Assembly: GCA_964270895.1 (NCBI GenBank)
Contig: OZ185444.1
Direction: 5' to 3' (one strand)
DNA: 64,000 bases
Source of the DNA: Podarcis filfolensis
Lineage: Eukaryota
Shown here: positions 45,791 through 58,235 of the stretch, one piece after another
Layout: each line of letters begins with the position of its first letter
Numbering within the stretch: the first letter of the stretch is position 1
Translations under genes and position numbers: made by a program
Notes under the pieces: generated by a model
The model's input: the letters and a program-made list of their open reading frames with translations, nothing else
Told to the model about the DNA's origin: nothing
Databases searched by the model: none

Positions 45791-46924
45791 GCGTGTGTGA
45801 TATGAATGCCTGAACTGACAATTCAAGATACATCCATCAAGTTTTGTCACAAGCCAGAGAAATCTTAAAGATATACAAATGCCAAGGGCTAGTATTTATG
45901 TTTATGGGGAAATGAACATGTGACTGCTGGATCAGAATTTGAGCCGAAACAAAATTTGGCAAAATTTCAAAATGAAGTATATGTTTTGGTATGTTCTCAG
46001 TTTATGTTTTGGTATCAAAATTGAATCTTGCTTGAACTGGCTGGGTGACAGAAGTTAATGCGACATTTACTAAATTTGATTGCAATTATTCTATCAGCAA
46101 CTGTCAAATATTGACTGCTAATGCATGCTGGCTGTCAAAGGCTGTCTTATAATCAGTGTCATTTTCAGATACTGTCAAATGTTGACAGCCGTTACATGTC
46201 AGCAGACAAGTCCTATCAAATCGTGATTACTACATATCAAATACTGTCAAAAATGTTGACTACTACTCCAAAAACTTTGGGTGCTGATAGTGAATATCAA
46301 ATATTAGTTGAATATCCACACATCCAGAAAGTAATCAGAGAATATTCACCTCAAAATTTTCAGAGAATTTTGAGGGGAGTGTTTTTGAGGCTAAAACTCA
46401 TTTTCATTCTTAGCAAAACCCTATGGTAGACCAGTGCAACACTGCCATTGACTCTAGTGCCCTTCTACTTTCTTTCATTGACCTGGGTTGAAGGTCACCA
46501 AGACAAATTCCATCCATATCCAACAGTGCTTTCTTTCTGAGATCTGACAAGATCACATGATGACTGCATGAAGCAATCAGGTTAACAGAAAAGTTAGAAA
46601 AGTCTCAGAAAAGGCATTTTTGAGGCCTGCAGAGCAGTTCACATTACGTTTTTCATACATTTTGCCCTTCACTTGTCCCTTGCAGATCTCACCTAGTAAG
46701 TAATGGGCAAAAAACAAGGGAATGGAGGAGAAGGAAAGGCATGCAAATCCCTGCAAACTCTTCAGCTGGGGAAGCAAGAGCAAGCAGGCGAAATGAGGAG
46801 TACTCCTGAAGAAAGAGGCCAGGAATTGAAAAGCAAATGGAGACTTTTGAGAACTGACTGCTTTTAAGGAAAAGGTTGCATTGTATTGTTATTGGTGGTG
46901 GTGGTGGTGCTGATCTGGATTTTA

Positions 46925-46963
<39 letters not shown>

Positions 46964-47939
46964 AAATATATATGTGTGTATACACACACACATACATACA
47001 TATTTCATAGATAATTTATGCTATGTTTGCAGCTAGGTGTGTTTTATCTGCATTTGTTTTAATTTTCATGAGCAACCTTGAGTCCCAGTTCTGAGGGTGT
47101 AGGAGCAGGATAGAAATAAAATAATAGTTCTTTCAGATTTAAGAGCTAAGTCCTCATGGGATGGAGTCATTATTGTTACTTATGTCAGTGGTCTTCATGG
47201 CATTAACATTCATGCTCCACATTGCCCCTGGTTTGAAATCCAATCATTCTCAGGGAAAAAAACCATCTCACCCTCAGAAAACTCACCAGAAACTGTCAAT
47301 TCTTCCATTGCAGTCACCCTCCCTCCACTGCCACCACTGCCTTTCAATGAGTATTTTTTTGTTGCTAGCCACTCCCTTTCTTTTATTCCCTGGAAAGAGA
47401 TTCATAATTAAGTCTGCGATTGTTCTGGAGACTTTATCATCTTGGCAAACATACCATCCAGAGACGGGAACTCTTACAATAAAAATTAATTATGTGCTAC
47501 TCCTGCCCCAGTCCCTCTGGAAGTGTGTAAGGAAGGCATTTTGATGAGGGGGGAGAAGCCAACATTTGACACACAAGGAGCATTCTCCAGCCTGCAGGAT
47601 GACAGCCAGTCTCTCCCCATTCATATACAAATACCACAGGGCGCCTCTCTGTTGTTTATTCTTCTTCTGTCTATATATTACACAGAGATTTCCTTTTCTA
47701 AAGAAGCAGACATCTTGGAAAGGGTACAGGTGGATGGAGAGAAATCGAGAGAGAGAGAGAGTTTAAGCATAAGGGAAATTTTAAAATATATATATAGCAG
47801 TGCTTGACACTTGGTGGTGGATTTTTCTCCGCAAGAGGAAACTTTGTCAGTTCTTTTCTGGTTTAATTTGAGCAAAAAAAAAAAAATAGTCTTATAGGAA
47901 GATATTTTACATGTCCACCATGTCCCTCCAAGGTACCTA

Positions 47940-47940
<1 letters not shown>

Positions 47941-47988
<48 letters not shown>
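47941..47988. repeat. (TTTC)n microsatellite
   Basis: Visible tetranucleotide run. Confidence 0.95.
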
Positions 47989-50920
47989 TGTTACTATAGA
48001 GATGTAAACGTGTTCGTCATTATTGTTGTGACTAGGAATTTGTTTCCTACCGGAAAGTCCTGCATTCTGCGGTTAGCGTTTGGCTTTTTCAACATGAATC
48101 AGAAACCTGGGAGGAAGCATTTGTTGCACCCTAGACCTGTGCTTTTAGAGGGAATGAAGCAGTGCCAGCTTTGAACTTCAAATGCTCCTCGGATGATATG
48201 AAACTCTACCCATTGAACTCAAGGTTAAATTTCAGATAAACAGGCCTTGCTTTTGCATTGGCTATTTGTTTAGTTAAATAAGGACTGCAGGCCACAATGC
48301 TGGGATAGCAAAGGGGGAGAGGAGAGGCACTGGCATAACTGGCATGGAACAAATGCACTGGGTCCACTGTGCTGACTTGGATTCACCAGCACATTTGCCT
48401 TCCATCATCATCTCTTCACTCTGCCTCTTCTCCATGTAGCAGATCAAATCCCTCGAGAATCTTAACCTGTATCGTGCACATATTTCCCCCTGTGGGGCTA
48501 ATTATAGCAGCCCCCCCCGGGGGGGGGGAGGTGTTTCAACTGGGAAGCAGTAGTGGGCAGAAAGAGTTAAATAACACACCCACACACCCGAATTACTGCT
48601 CTGCTCAGAATTGGAGCACCTGCCCCTTCCCCATGCAGCTGCATTTAGATCATAAAGGATGCCATTAGGGTACCAATCATGGCTCTCCTATGCCACGCTT
48701 GTTGCATCCCTCAGTGAGCAGAGAGTGCTGATTCCAAGTAAACCCATTCCTCTCTTTAACAAAGGATGCTGAAGCCTTGGCAACATTTCTGCTGAATGCA
48801 GGAGAAGAAAATTATGGGATGACGAAGAAAGCCTCTGATGTTCAATTTATTGGGAGGCACAATCTGAATTTTGAGAGATCTAACTAGTGTGTTATCAAGA
48901 ACTGGGGACTGCCAAGTCCTTCAGAACAGCTGCATCTCATCTATCAGAGCAATGCAAGTTCATTTATGCAAAGGAATAATTCATATCAGAGGCAAGCTCA
49001 TTAACAGAGAAAGGAGACAAGAAACTGGTTGGTTTCCATCCTGACCCCAGATTAGCACTGGAACAACTGGCTTCATATTTGTTGCTGGCCACTATTTAGA
49101 GTTCTGATTTTTAGAGCTGTAATAAAATCTCTCCCCCACTGCACAATTTCACCACTCCATACCCCAGGTTGTGAAAATGGTGTGTGTGTGTGTGAGAGAG
49201 AGAGATGTCCATTTTATGAGAGGACTGACAACATTCACCAAGCATATCCTTCTCTTCTTCTTTTTCTTCTTCTTTGTCTTCTTCTTCTTCTTCTGATGCT
49301 GGTGTTGTGTTTCTGTCCTGCTTCTGCTCAGTTGGTTTAATATTTGAGGTTGGATTTGAAATGTGTTTTCATTTTTAATTCATATTTATTGTGCACCACT
49401 TTGGAAATTCATTTTGAATTTTTGGGATGCTTCTTTGCAATAGTTGAACCAAGAAATTAGAAAAGGCAGCTGATCAAGCTTTGAGGGAAGTAGCTGGGGC
49501 AACCCTTCACAAATAAACCTCCAGTCTGGCAGAAGGAAAGGTGTTGCATTGTGTTTGGCAGTTCATTTGTGTGACAGAAGAGCAAGTGAGGGCCAACCAA
49601 GGTTTCTGGGGAACACAGGTTAAATCAGCCTTTGCCAGCCTGATGTCCCTCAGCTGTCTTGGACTACAGCTCCCATCCTGGAAGTTGTACTCTAAAATCC
49701 TAGAAGACACCAGGGTGCTGGAGGCTGGGATAAATGGAGGACATTTCCATGGCCTGGGTAGGATTCTGAAAGAAGGTGTGAGCTCATTACAAGAGCACCC
49801 ACCAGTGGATTGTAAATCAGACAGAAGAGAAGCTGTCATTACTTGGGGAAATCAGTGAATCGTGCCTGACACCAATACCCAGCAAGGGATGCCAAAGGAC
49901 CCACATGAAGTCATCATATATCAACACGTCAGTCTGCAAGAACCATAAGCGCAAGGAAGGCACACTGACATTCTGATAACAGCTGGTATTTAATGCTCTT
50001 TTCCGAAGACATGCACAGCCATTGCCAAGTATTAATTAATCTGCACAATGCCCTTGAGAGCTCAGATCGGAAGGTAGATATTGTTATTCGCACTTTAAAG
50101 ATGGTGAAAGGGAATGAGAAAGAGTCTGCTTGACTTGCCCAAAGCCATTCAATATGTCAAGAGCAGAATTGCAGCAAGACTTCAAGGCTCCCTGATGCCA
50201 AATCTTGTACTAATTCGTGTAAAGGACAATAATGTTTGTTCATATTTAACTTTAGCTGAATCGTAGCTCTTTACAGACATTTAAATTTCACAGCACTCCT
50301 TACCACGGGGGGGGGGGATACCTGTTTAACCCTAGTTACAGTAGAAATTTCAAGAGCAAAGAAGTGGAATGCATTTATGAAGGGGATTTCAATTTTATAA
50401 CCTGAAAATGATCACATGACTCAATCTATCTCTGTTTGCGGGTACTCCCTACTCAAAAAGTATACTGGAGAACTGGAAAAGGTATATAAAAAAAGGAGTG
50501 TCTTCCCAATGGGGAAAGGCTCAAAGATCTAGCCTTTTTAGAGTTTGGGGCAAAGAATGACCAAAAGGGGACATGGTAGAGAAACAGATTATCTATCTGT
50601 CTATCATCTATTTGTCATATAGTGTTGAGAAAGTAAAGTTGAGGAGTCATTTTCTTCTGAGAAAAATTCTGAGAGCATTACTTTTCTCAATAACAACACA
50701 ATACAACACCCCCACAACACTCAGGAAATGAGAATTTTGCTGCATTTTCCTTCAGTAGTCTCCACCATCTTTTGTGTGTGTGTTGGCCATAATTCTTTCA
50801 CACCCAATACACAATAACCCAAACCAATACTAGGCCCATGACACTGAGCTGGATTCAAAACATAGTTGCTGCCACTTACAATGACCAGGAACAATTCTTT
50901 AAAGAAACAGAGAGAGGCTG

Positions 50921-50969
<49 letters not shown>
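50921..50969. repeat. (TGC)16 / (GCA)16 trinucleotide repeat
   Basis: Perfect run, 49 nt. Confidence 0.95.
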
Positions 50970-51779
50970 AATGAAGAAACTATTAGAAAATTTCTCCTCC
51001 CCTGTAGAAATATGATGAAATGTTCCACCTCCGTTTCTCTATCCACAAACAAGGTGGAGAATTTCAAGAGACCATTAGCATGTGAGAAACTGCACAGATT
51101 TGTTTGCTTGTCTCAAATCTACTGCCAATCAGTTTCATTGAATGATTCCGATTTCTAATCTTATGGAGGACAGAAAAATCTCATATGCACATCAAACAAC
51201 ATCTCCAGAACTAAAGGCAAGACTGGTATAAGTTTAAGAGGGCTTAGCTGACATATTGGTGTGAATGAAGTCATCATGTCAACATTCTGGAAAGCAAGGA
51301 GAAGCTAGATTGTACCTAAACAGGAACCAATGGGGATATGCTGGGGTACCAGGTGAGCATATAACCAGAAATGGTGAGAAGTGATGTCCTAGCTGCGCTG
51401 GAAGGAGTACCACCTATACAACAGCAAGCATTTGCAAGAAATGAGCATATCTCACTCCGCCTCCAGGCCTATTCCCACCCTACCCCCCGGATAAATAACC
51501 ATGTGATCTCAAAGGCTGGCATAAATTGGGGGGGGGGTGGTTTCAGCACTTCCTTGCTAGGAAAAGAAAGGGATGTTTGTAGGAGAAAAGACCAGCAACC
51601 TGGAAGTTTCAGAAAAAGAAAATACCGTAAATAAATGGGGAACCATCAAAGCAACCAGAAAGCAGCTTATAACATCTCCTTACCTGCCCAATAGTTAATA
51701 AAAATATGGGTGTGTTCAGGACCCACAGAAATGTGGTCAAAATTATTACTTATCATCATTACCACCATCATCATCTTTC

Positions 51780-52030
51780 CTGGTCTTCACCATAAGATCC
51801 CAGGATGGGTTACAATAATTTAAAAATACGAGATTAAAATCAGTTAAAACCATTTATAGTCAGGGTGCAACCTATTCTCTCTCTAATCTAATATCTCTGT
51901 CTATCTATATCTGCTTGTCAAAGGCCAGAGCAAAGAGGCACATCTTCAGCATATTGGCAAAAGGGCCATACAATGAAGGTGGCAGATGCACTTCTGTGGG
52001 AAGGGAATTCCACAGCTCAGGGGAAAGGCC
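51780..52030 (-). mobile_element. L2 LINE 3' fragment
   Basis: GATCCCAGGATGGGTTACAAT...AAAGGCCAGAGCAAAGAGGCACATCTTCAGC...GGGAAGGGAATTCCACAGC. Confidence 0.55.
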
Positions 52031-54681
52031 CGTGAGTCTTTCTGATGCCTAACATTTTAATGGGAATTGGGCAAACTGGCACTCTCCCTTAGCTTTGGAA
52101 AGCTTCCTTTAGAATATTCCCTTAGCCAAGGTGCAGTGGTCTTTTTTCTTCTGCCAAACCTGATGTCTTCTATTTTCAATATTTCTCGGGGCACTGCTGG
52201 ACTTTGCCCAAAAAAAGCCTCCGCAGAATCTGTCTCTGGGGAACTAGCAGCCATCACAAAGGGCAATTAAAATGCAATGTTTTGTTTCCTCTATTTAATT
52301 GGTGCTACATTCAGAAAGATAGAGGAGCAGTGCAATGCGGAGACTGCATACTACTTCCCAGCGCAGAGGAGAAGATTCCCTCAGCCTCACAGTTACCATT
52401 CGCTCTGGATGCAGATTCCGTCCCCAATCCAGTTCATCTGGAGTGGTAGGCTTGGTGCTGATTTTGCCTCCCTGAGAAATCAATAGGCAGCTCTGTCTGT
52501 TAGACCATACTGACAAAGTACTGCATGTCAGCTGAGAGGCAGATACCATCAAATACTGACTGCTGCTAAACAATCATTGCCCGTCAAATGCTGATGTTCA
52601 CTATCAGGAGAATTTTGAGGAGAATTCTAAGTGTCATTAGTTTACTTTAGCATGCAGTTAGAGGCTGCAAGAAGAAGAAGATGAAATTGGGACAGCACTT
52701 TTAATTGCTGCATTTCCAGACTCTCCGTATAGCTCTGAAGAAGAGTGCCTTCTGCTTTCTGCTTCACTGGTCCCCAAAAGTCTCATAGGTCTCAGAAGAG
52801 AGAGAAAGTCTAAGCTTAAGACAATTCAGGGGGAAAACAGACTGACGGATACGGATGTGGCCTTTGCCTGAACATAATATTGCTTCTGGAACCACAGAGG
52901 AAAGCTGACCTTTCCGTCTTTGTATCTTTTCCTGTATGTCTCATGAAAAGAAAACAGCAAACAGAGAACTAGATGGTTTGGGTTATCATTGATAAACTTT
53001 CCATTCATTTCTACTCTCTGGAATCTCTAAGGATGGAAGTATTTTGGGCCCCGGCTGAGTACAATCTGGTGGGTGGGAAGGAGAATTATAGAGAGACGGA
53101 ATTAGAAGTTGACCAAAAGGACTGTTGATTCACTTCTCCCCAGCTCAAAAGCAAGGAAGATGTTAACACTAGAGGCACTTCAGGGTCTGAATTAGAAGAT
53201 GGTGATTGGAAGCAATTTCTCTTACTTACTTCGCCAAACTTTTATTAGGCATTACGAATATAGGCCATCATAAAACATCTGTATATAAAATTTTAAAATA
53301 TATACAAATAAATAGCCATGTAATAATGAGGATTTTCATTGGAGTTTCTTCCCATGAAATAGTGCCATTCACAACTCTGAGAGATACTACTGATAAAAAC
53401 TCAGCCACCCTTGCAGTTACTTCTGGGTTAATGACAGACAGATAGAATCTGATATTTTCATTGTGCCATGATATTAGACTACCCAAAAAAAGGGGATAGC
53501 ACACGCTTACTTAGTTGGTTATACAATGGACAGTAGAAAAGAATATGTTCTACTATGTCCAGCACATTCAAAACAACATTCGCAATGCCTATCATTTCAA
53601 GGGGTGTTTAAATATCTGCCCTTGATAAAAGCTGAGGGAAAAACGTTCAGTCGGGCTAACATAAAGGCCCTGAGTTAGACTGCAATTATTAATTTTGAAA
53701 TATAAGTGACCCTGTTATCTGTTGTAGTTAAACCATAAAACTTGGGGGACAAATTTTATTTACAACTGACTCAATGTTTTGCTTTTCAATTTCCATTAAT
53801 CTGATTTACATATTATGATAAAAATAGAAGCAATTTCTCATTAGTGCCAATGGTGGGATTGCCTCCCAGGGTTGATACAAATTTCAAGGGCAGGTGGAGG
53901 GCTGTACCTCGGTGTCAGAGAGTCTGCTTTGCATTCAGAAAGTTATCGGTTTGATTTCTTACATTTCCAAGAAGGGCTGGGAGAGTAACCCAGAGTGTGT
54001 TGTGTTCCTTTTGCTTTGACCACCTAATAACATCCATTACCCAGGGATTTTTCTGCATTTCAAGGTCTAGAGATCAATCCAGGCAGTCATTCTTATGTAA
54101 TGAGTTACCTGGACAGACCTATTTGGGCAACTTGTATTAAAAACTCAAGCTCATGCACACCTCTCCCCTTGAATTTGAGAACATCTCGCCTTCCACTGCT
54201 AATCTCTGCCCCTCCTTTATTTTGCCTTTTCTTTTCTGTTCATTTCCCTTTCACTATACATTATTATTACTGTTATCAGTGGCGAAGCACCTCATAAGCT
54301 CAGTGCTGTGTGGTAAGTTAATGCACAGGCAGGAGCAACTGGTGCAGAGGGCAGCACCATAGACCTGGTCGCCTGGCTGCAGACATCCCTGCCCCAGCAC
54401 AGGGTAGGCAGAGTGACAGTGAGGTCAGTGCAGGAGAACCTTGCCACCGCCCTGCCTCATCTCCACACTGTCCCAGTGGGACTGCTGCCTCGTCTTCAGC
54501 CTTTTAGCACTGTATAGCACTGTGTGGGACGACAGAGTGTTTTTCTTTTCCTCATCTTGGACCCTCCTCCTAATGAGCCTTTCAAAGCTCAGGTTCTGTC
54601 TAGAGCTCTGAAGAGGAACCCTCTTGTTAGGAACTGAGGGCACATTTTATTGCAGTTCTCTAACAAAACTTCTTACTTGAA

Positions 54682-54713
<32 letters not shown>

Positions 54714-55531
54714 TTATGCAGCAGCCTAGAGGCCGAGATATAGTTTTGGCTAAGGCCAGGCAAGAGCAAGAGCTATCCTGAATTAGTCCGGATAGAACTT
54801 GGCTATGAAATTTTCTAAGAGAAATTAAGAATTTATGGGGTGAAAACAGGGGCACTGGGAAAGCTTGAGGTCATTCAACATTTAGCACTGTGACTTTTAG
54901 TGTTTGAAAGATTCTTTTGCATAAAAAATAAATAAATAAATAAACTGCTTCCAGCACACAGACCCTGTAAGGGTTGGGGAACCTGTGGCCCTTCAGATAT
55001 TGCTGGATTACAGCTACTATCATTCTTGACCTTTGGTCTTTCTGGCTGGGGCTGATGGGAATCTGAGTCCAACAGCATCTGGAAGGCCTCAAGTTCCTCA
55101 TCGTTCCCACGTTTGAGAGAAAACTGAGGATGTGAGAGGAGGCTGATTTCTGAACAAAATTTAAAAGCCAGCGTAAGCTTCTGGAAAGGTGGAAAGTGGG
55201 AAAGCCTGTTGGGTTGGAAAAGTACAAGCACCGTGTGAGCACACTCAGGCCTCCCACCCCCACCCCCCAGGAAAGCCAAACGGCATTCCACTTTGCCACA
55301 TGCTCCTCTCCCTTCGGTGCTTCCTCCACAAGACTTCAGCTGATTCTCCTTTGGAGTGAAAACAACAAGCCTCAGTGGCCTAAGAACGAGTGAAGCATTA
55401 ATGCAAGGGAGGACGGCTGGGATCATGGTTGTGCAAGTGCCAACTCTCCTGTGCAGAAGAGATTGCATCCCAGGAGCCATTCAGCACCAGTAAGTGGACA
55501 GCTACTGAGACCCTGCTGAAGTGGAAGGGAG

Positions 55532-55579
<48 letters not shown>

Positions 55580-56614
55580 CCTTTTCTCCCAGCTCTCAGT
55601 TTCCCAGTGCCTTCCTCAGTCACACTGTGTATATTGAAGTGCTGCTATTTAAACAAGCCAGTTGTTAATAAATGCAGCCTTTTAGCCCTAATTGGAGGAG
55701 AACCACTAGCTTCCAAACCTCCCAGAGCTCTTCAATTATAGATAGAGCTCCAGTCAGAGCTGCTGGGAATGGCTGAGTGATTTCCTGAGTAACTGCAGAG
55801 CTCCCTTTCCCTAGCACTGCATTAATTGCTCCAGCAGGCTGGCCTCGTGGAGTACTCAGACAGGCCATTGGAGCAGCTCTGAGGATGTGAAGTGCGACTC
55901 AAGGCTGGGCAGTGGTCCTCAGTGTGTGGCCACTTCCTTCTGTCCCAAATTAGATAAATTACCATGGAAGTTCAAGCTCCACGGCTGGCAGGATGCAAAC
56001 ATGGTTTAGGGAAATGGGGCAAGTATGTTTTCTCCCACCTCCTCCCAACTGATGGCAGCTGTTTGCTGGTGGTTAATGAATGCAAGCTACAATTTGGTAC
56101 AGCACAAAATTTGTTACCTCCTTATGTTATGCCACATATTACACTGCGCCAGTTATATGTTGAGGAAATCTACCATCTTGGTTGGCCCAAGACATTTGGT
56201 TGCCTGAGGGGAAATTAATGGGACTTGTTTCCTCACAAATGTTGAAAGACTTGAGTTGCACATCACATGCCCTCCTCAAGCACCATTTGAAGCCCCAAGA
56301 GAACTTGGAAACAACGTGAAGAGAAGAGCAAAATATTCCAGTCATCGTATTGGCAAACTGCTCAGAGTATATTGAACTGTGAGAAAGCCAAATGAGAGAA
56401 TCACTACTAAAGAAGCTTGATGCCCAAGAGGAAAATATTCACTTCTAGGTGTGCATTTCTTTCTAGTCTGCAATGCATGCTTTTGTATTTAATTTTTAAA
56501 ATAACCCCCTATAGTTATATTGTCACACTGCCCTTCACTTTCAACCTGCTCAAATGTGTAGAATTTCAATATGCACTAAATAAGACAACCTAGTGCACTC
56601 CAGATCTTTAGACC

Positions 56615-56825
56615 TAGATTATTATTATTACTATTTATTAAAAGCATTTCTATCCCGCTCTTCATTGCAAGCAAGTGGATTACAAATTTAGCAGCCCCAT
56701 TAAAACAACAATATAATAGAGTCCAGTGAAATACAACCGCAACAATCACATCAATCTGTCATTAAACTCCAGCGAAGACCTGGGCAAAAAGCCAGGCCTT
56801 TAGCTGGCGCTGAAAGCTCAATGGC
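56615..56825 (-). mobile_element. L2 LINE 3' fragment
   Basis: (ATT)n, TTTCTATCCCGC...GCGAAGACCTGGGCAAAAAGCCAGGCCTTTAGCTGGCGCTGAAAG. Confidence 0.55.
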
Positions 56826-58049
56826 ATTGAATACAACTCCCATCAGATTCAGCCAGCACTACAGTTTCCATCAGACTCAGCCAAGACAACTGCGCTGGCT
56901 GGCGCTGATGGGAATTCTAGTCCAAAATATTTGGAGGCAACCAGGTTGAGGAAGACTGATATACACAAAGAAGGAAAAGGTAAGATTCAATTCCAAGCCT
57001 AAACACAGACATTTGACCAATGTGCCAGTGTATTATAGAGTCCAGCTGCAGTAAAAACAAAAACAGATATTGTACCTATTAAACTGGTGTGAGGGGTAAA
57101 ACAGATCCCCACAGTGTTCCTTGTTTTAAAAAATCTGGATCTTGAACCATCAGGATGAAATGAGGTAAGTTATGTTATAAGATATAAAGAAAGCCCATAT
57201 CTGCACTTGGAGTGGGTCCAGCAACATCCCTTGGGTCCCTGATGTTGCAGGGGGAAGAAGGAATTGAGGCAAGATTGACTGACTGCAATTAGCTAGGCAA
57301 ATAGCTCTGCTCATGCCTCACCTCTCATTTGTCTTGCTTGGCTGCATTTGTCTTATTACTGAGGATGAGGGATGAGCAAACATTTGGATACAAAAGCAGC
57401 AGCCTGATTTTTTTGCCAAAAAAGAGAAAGGGGGGGAAGCCCCTGAATGTATACCAATTGAGTGCCTTTGCTGTTCTAAAGTGTGGGTAAAGGCAGTTGC
57501 CATCCTTTTTCTGTATAGGCAACACTATGGAATCGATCACTTAAGAGAGCCACAAACTGGGGCAGCATATTTATGTCACAACATGGTCCATAGTGGCTGT
57601 TGTCTTTCTTCCCTGCATAGCATTGCAAACTGCTTTTTAAACTCCAATTTTAAAAAGCACTTGGTTGGGGAAAGGAGGGAAGGGGATAGTTCTGTTTAGA
57701 ATGCCACCCCCAAATGAAAAATTATGTAAAGAGGATAATTGCTGGATCTTTGCTGGATCATTGATTGCCCCATAAGTATTGCTGCCCTTTTGCTTCATTA
57801 GCAGAGGCGAACTTCTAGAAACTTTACCTTGCCTGACCCTTCACCTGCTTGACTTAAGTTCTCATCTGCAATGGAAACAAGCACCCACACACTCTTCGCA
57901 GGGTGCTGTTGTTGGAGGATCACAACAATCTTTGCCAGTGCAACCAATATTAATAAAGCGAGACTGCTTTCACCTCCAGCAAACCCATCAGATTGGCACA
58001 CTGTGTTGCAAAGAAGCAGCAGTCCTTTGGGATTTCCAAAATCAACTTT

Positions 58050-58235
58050 GGGGAATGGCTGTAGCTCAGTGATAAAGCATCTTCCTTGCAGGCCAAAGGT
58101 CTTGGTTTCCATCCCTGGCATCTCCATCTGAAAGACCCATCTAAAAGTTGAAGAATTGTTGCCAATCAGTGTTGACAATGCTAAGCTAGATAGACCAATA
58201 GCCTGACTTGATGTAAGGCAACTTCCTATGTCCCT
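58050..58235 (+). mobile_element. Squam2-like tRNA SINE
   Basis: GGCTGTAGCTCAGTGATAAAGCATC...CCCTGGCATCTCCA...GACAATGCTAAGCTAGATAGACC...AAGGCAACTTCCTATGTCCCTA. Confidence 0.75.

Noticed and set aside
50838-51158. Plus-strand polyalanine protein or minus-strand polyglutamine protein
   Set aside because: The plus-strand ORF has no supporting context, and the CAG (Gln) and AGC (Ser) frames on the minus strand are closed by stops just upstream.
54871-55480. 201-aa and 152-aa minus-strand ORFs
   Set aside because: They run through a MITE and simple sequence and have no protein-like pattern.
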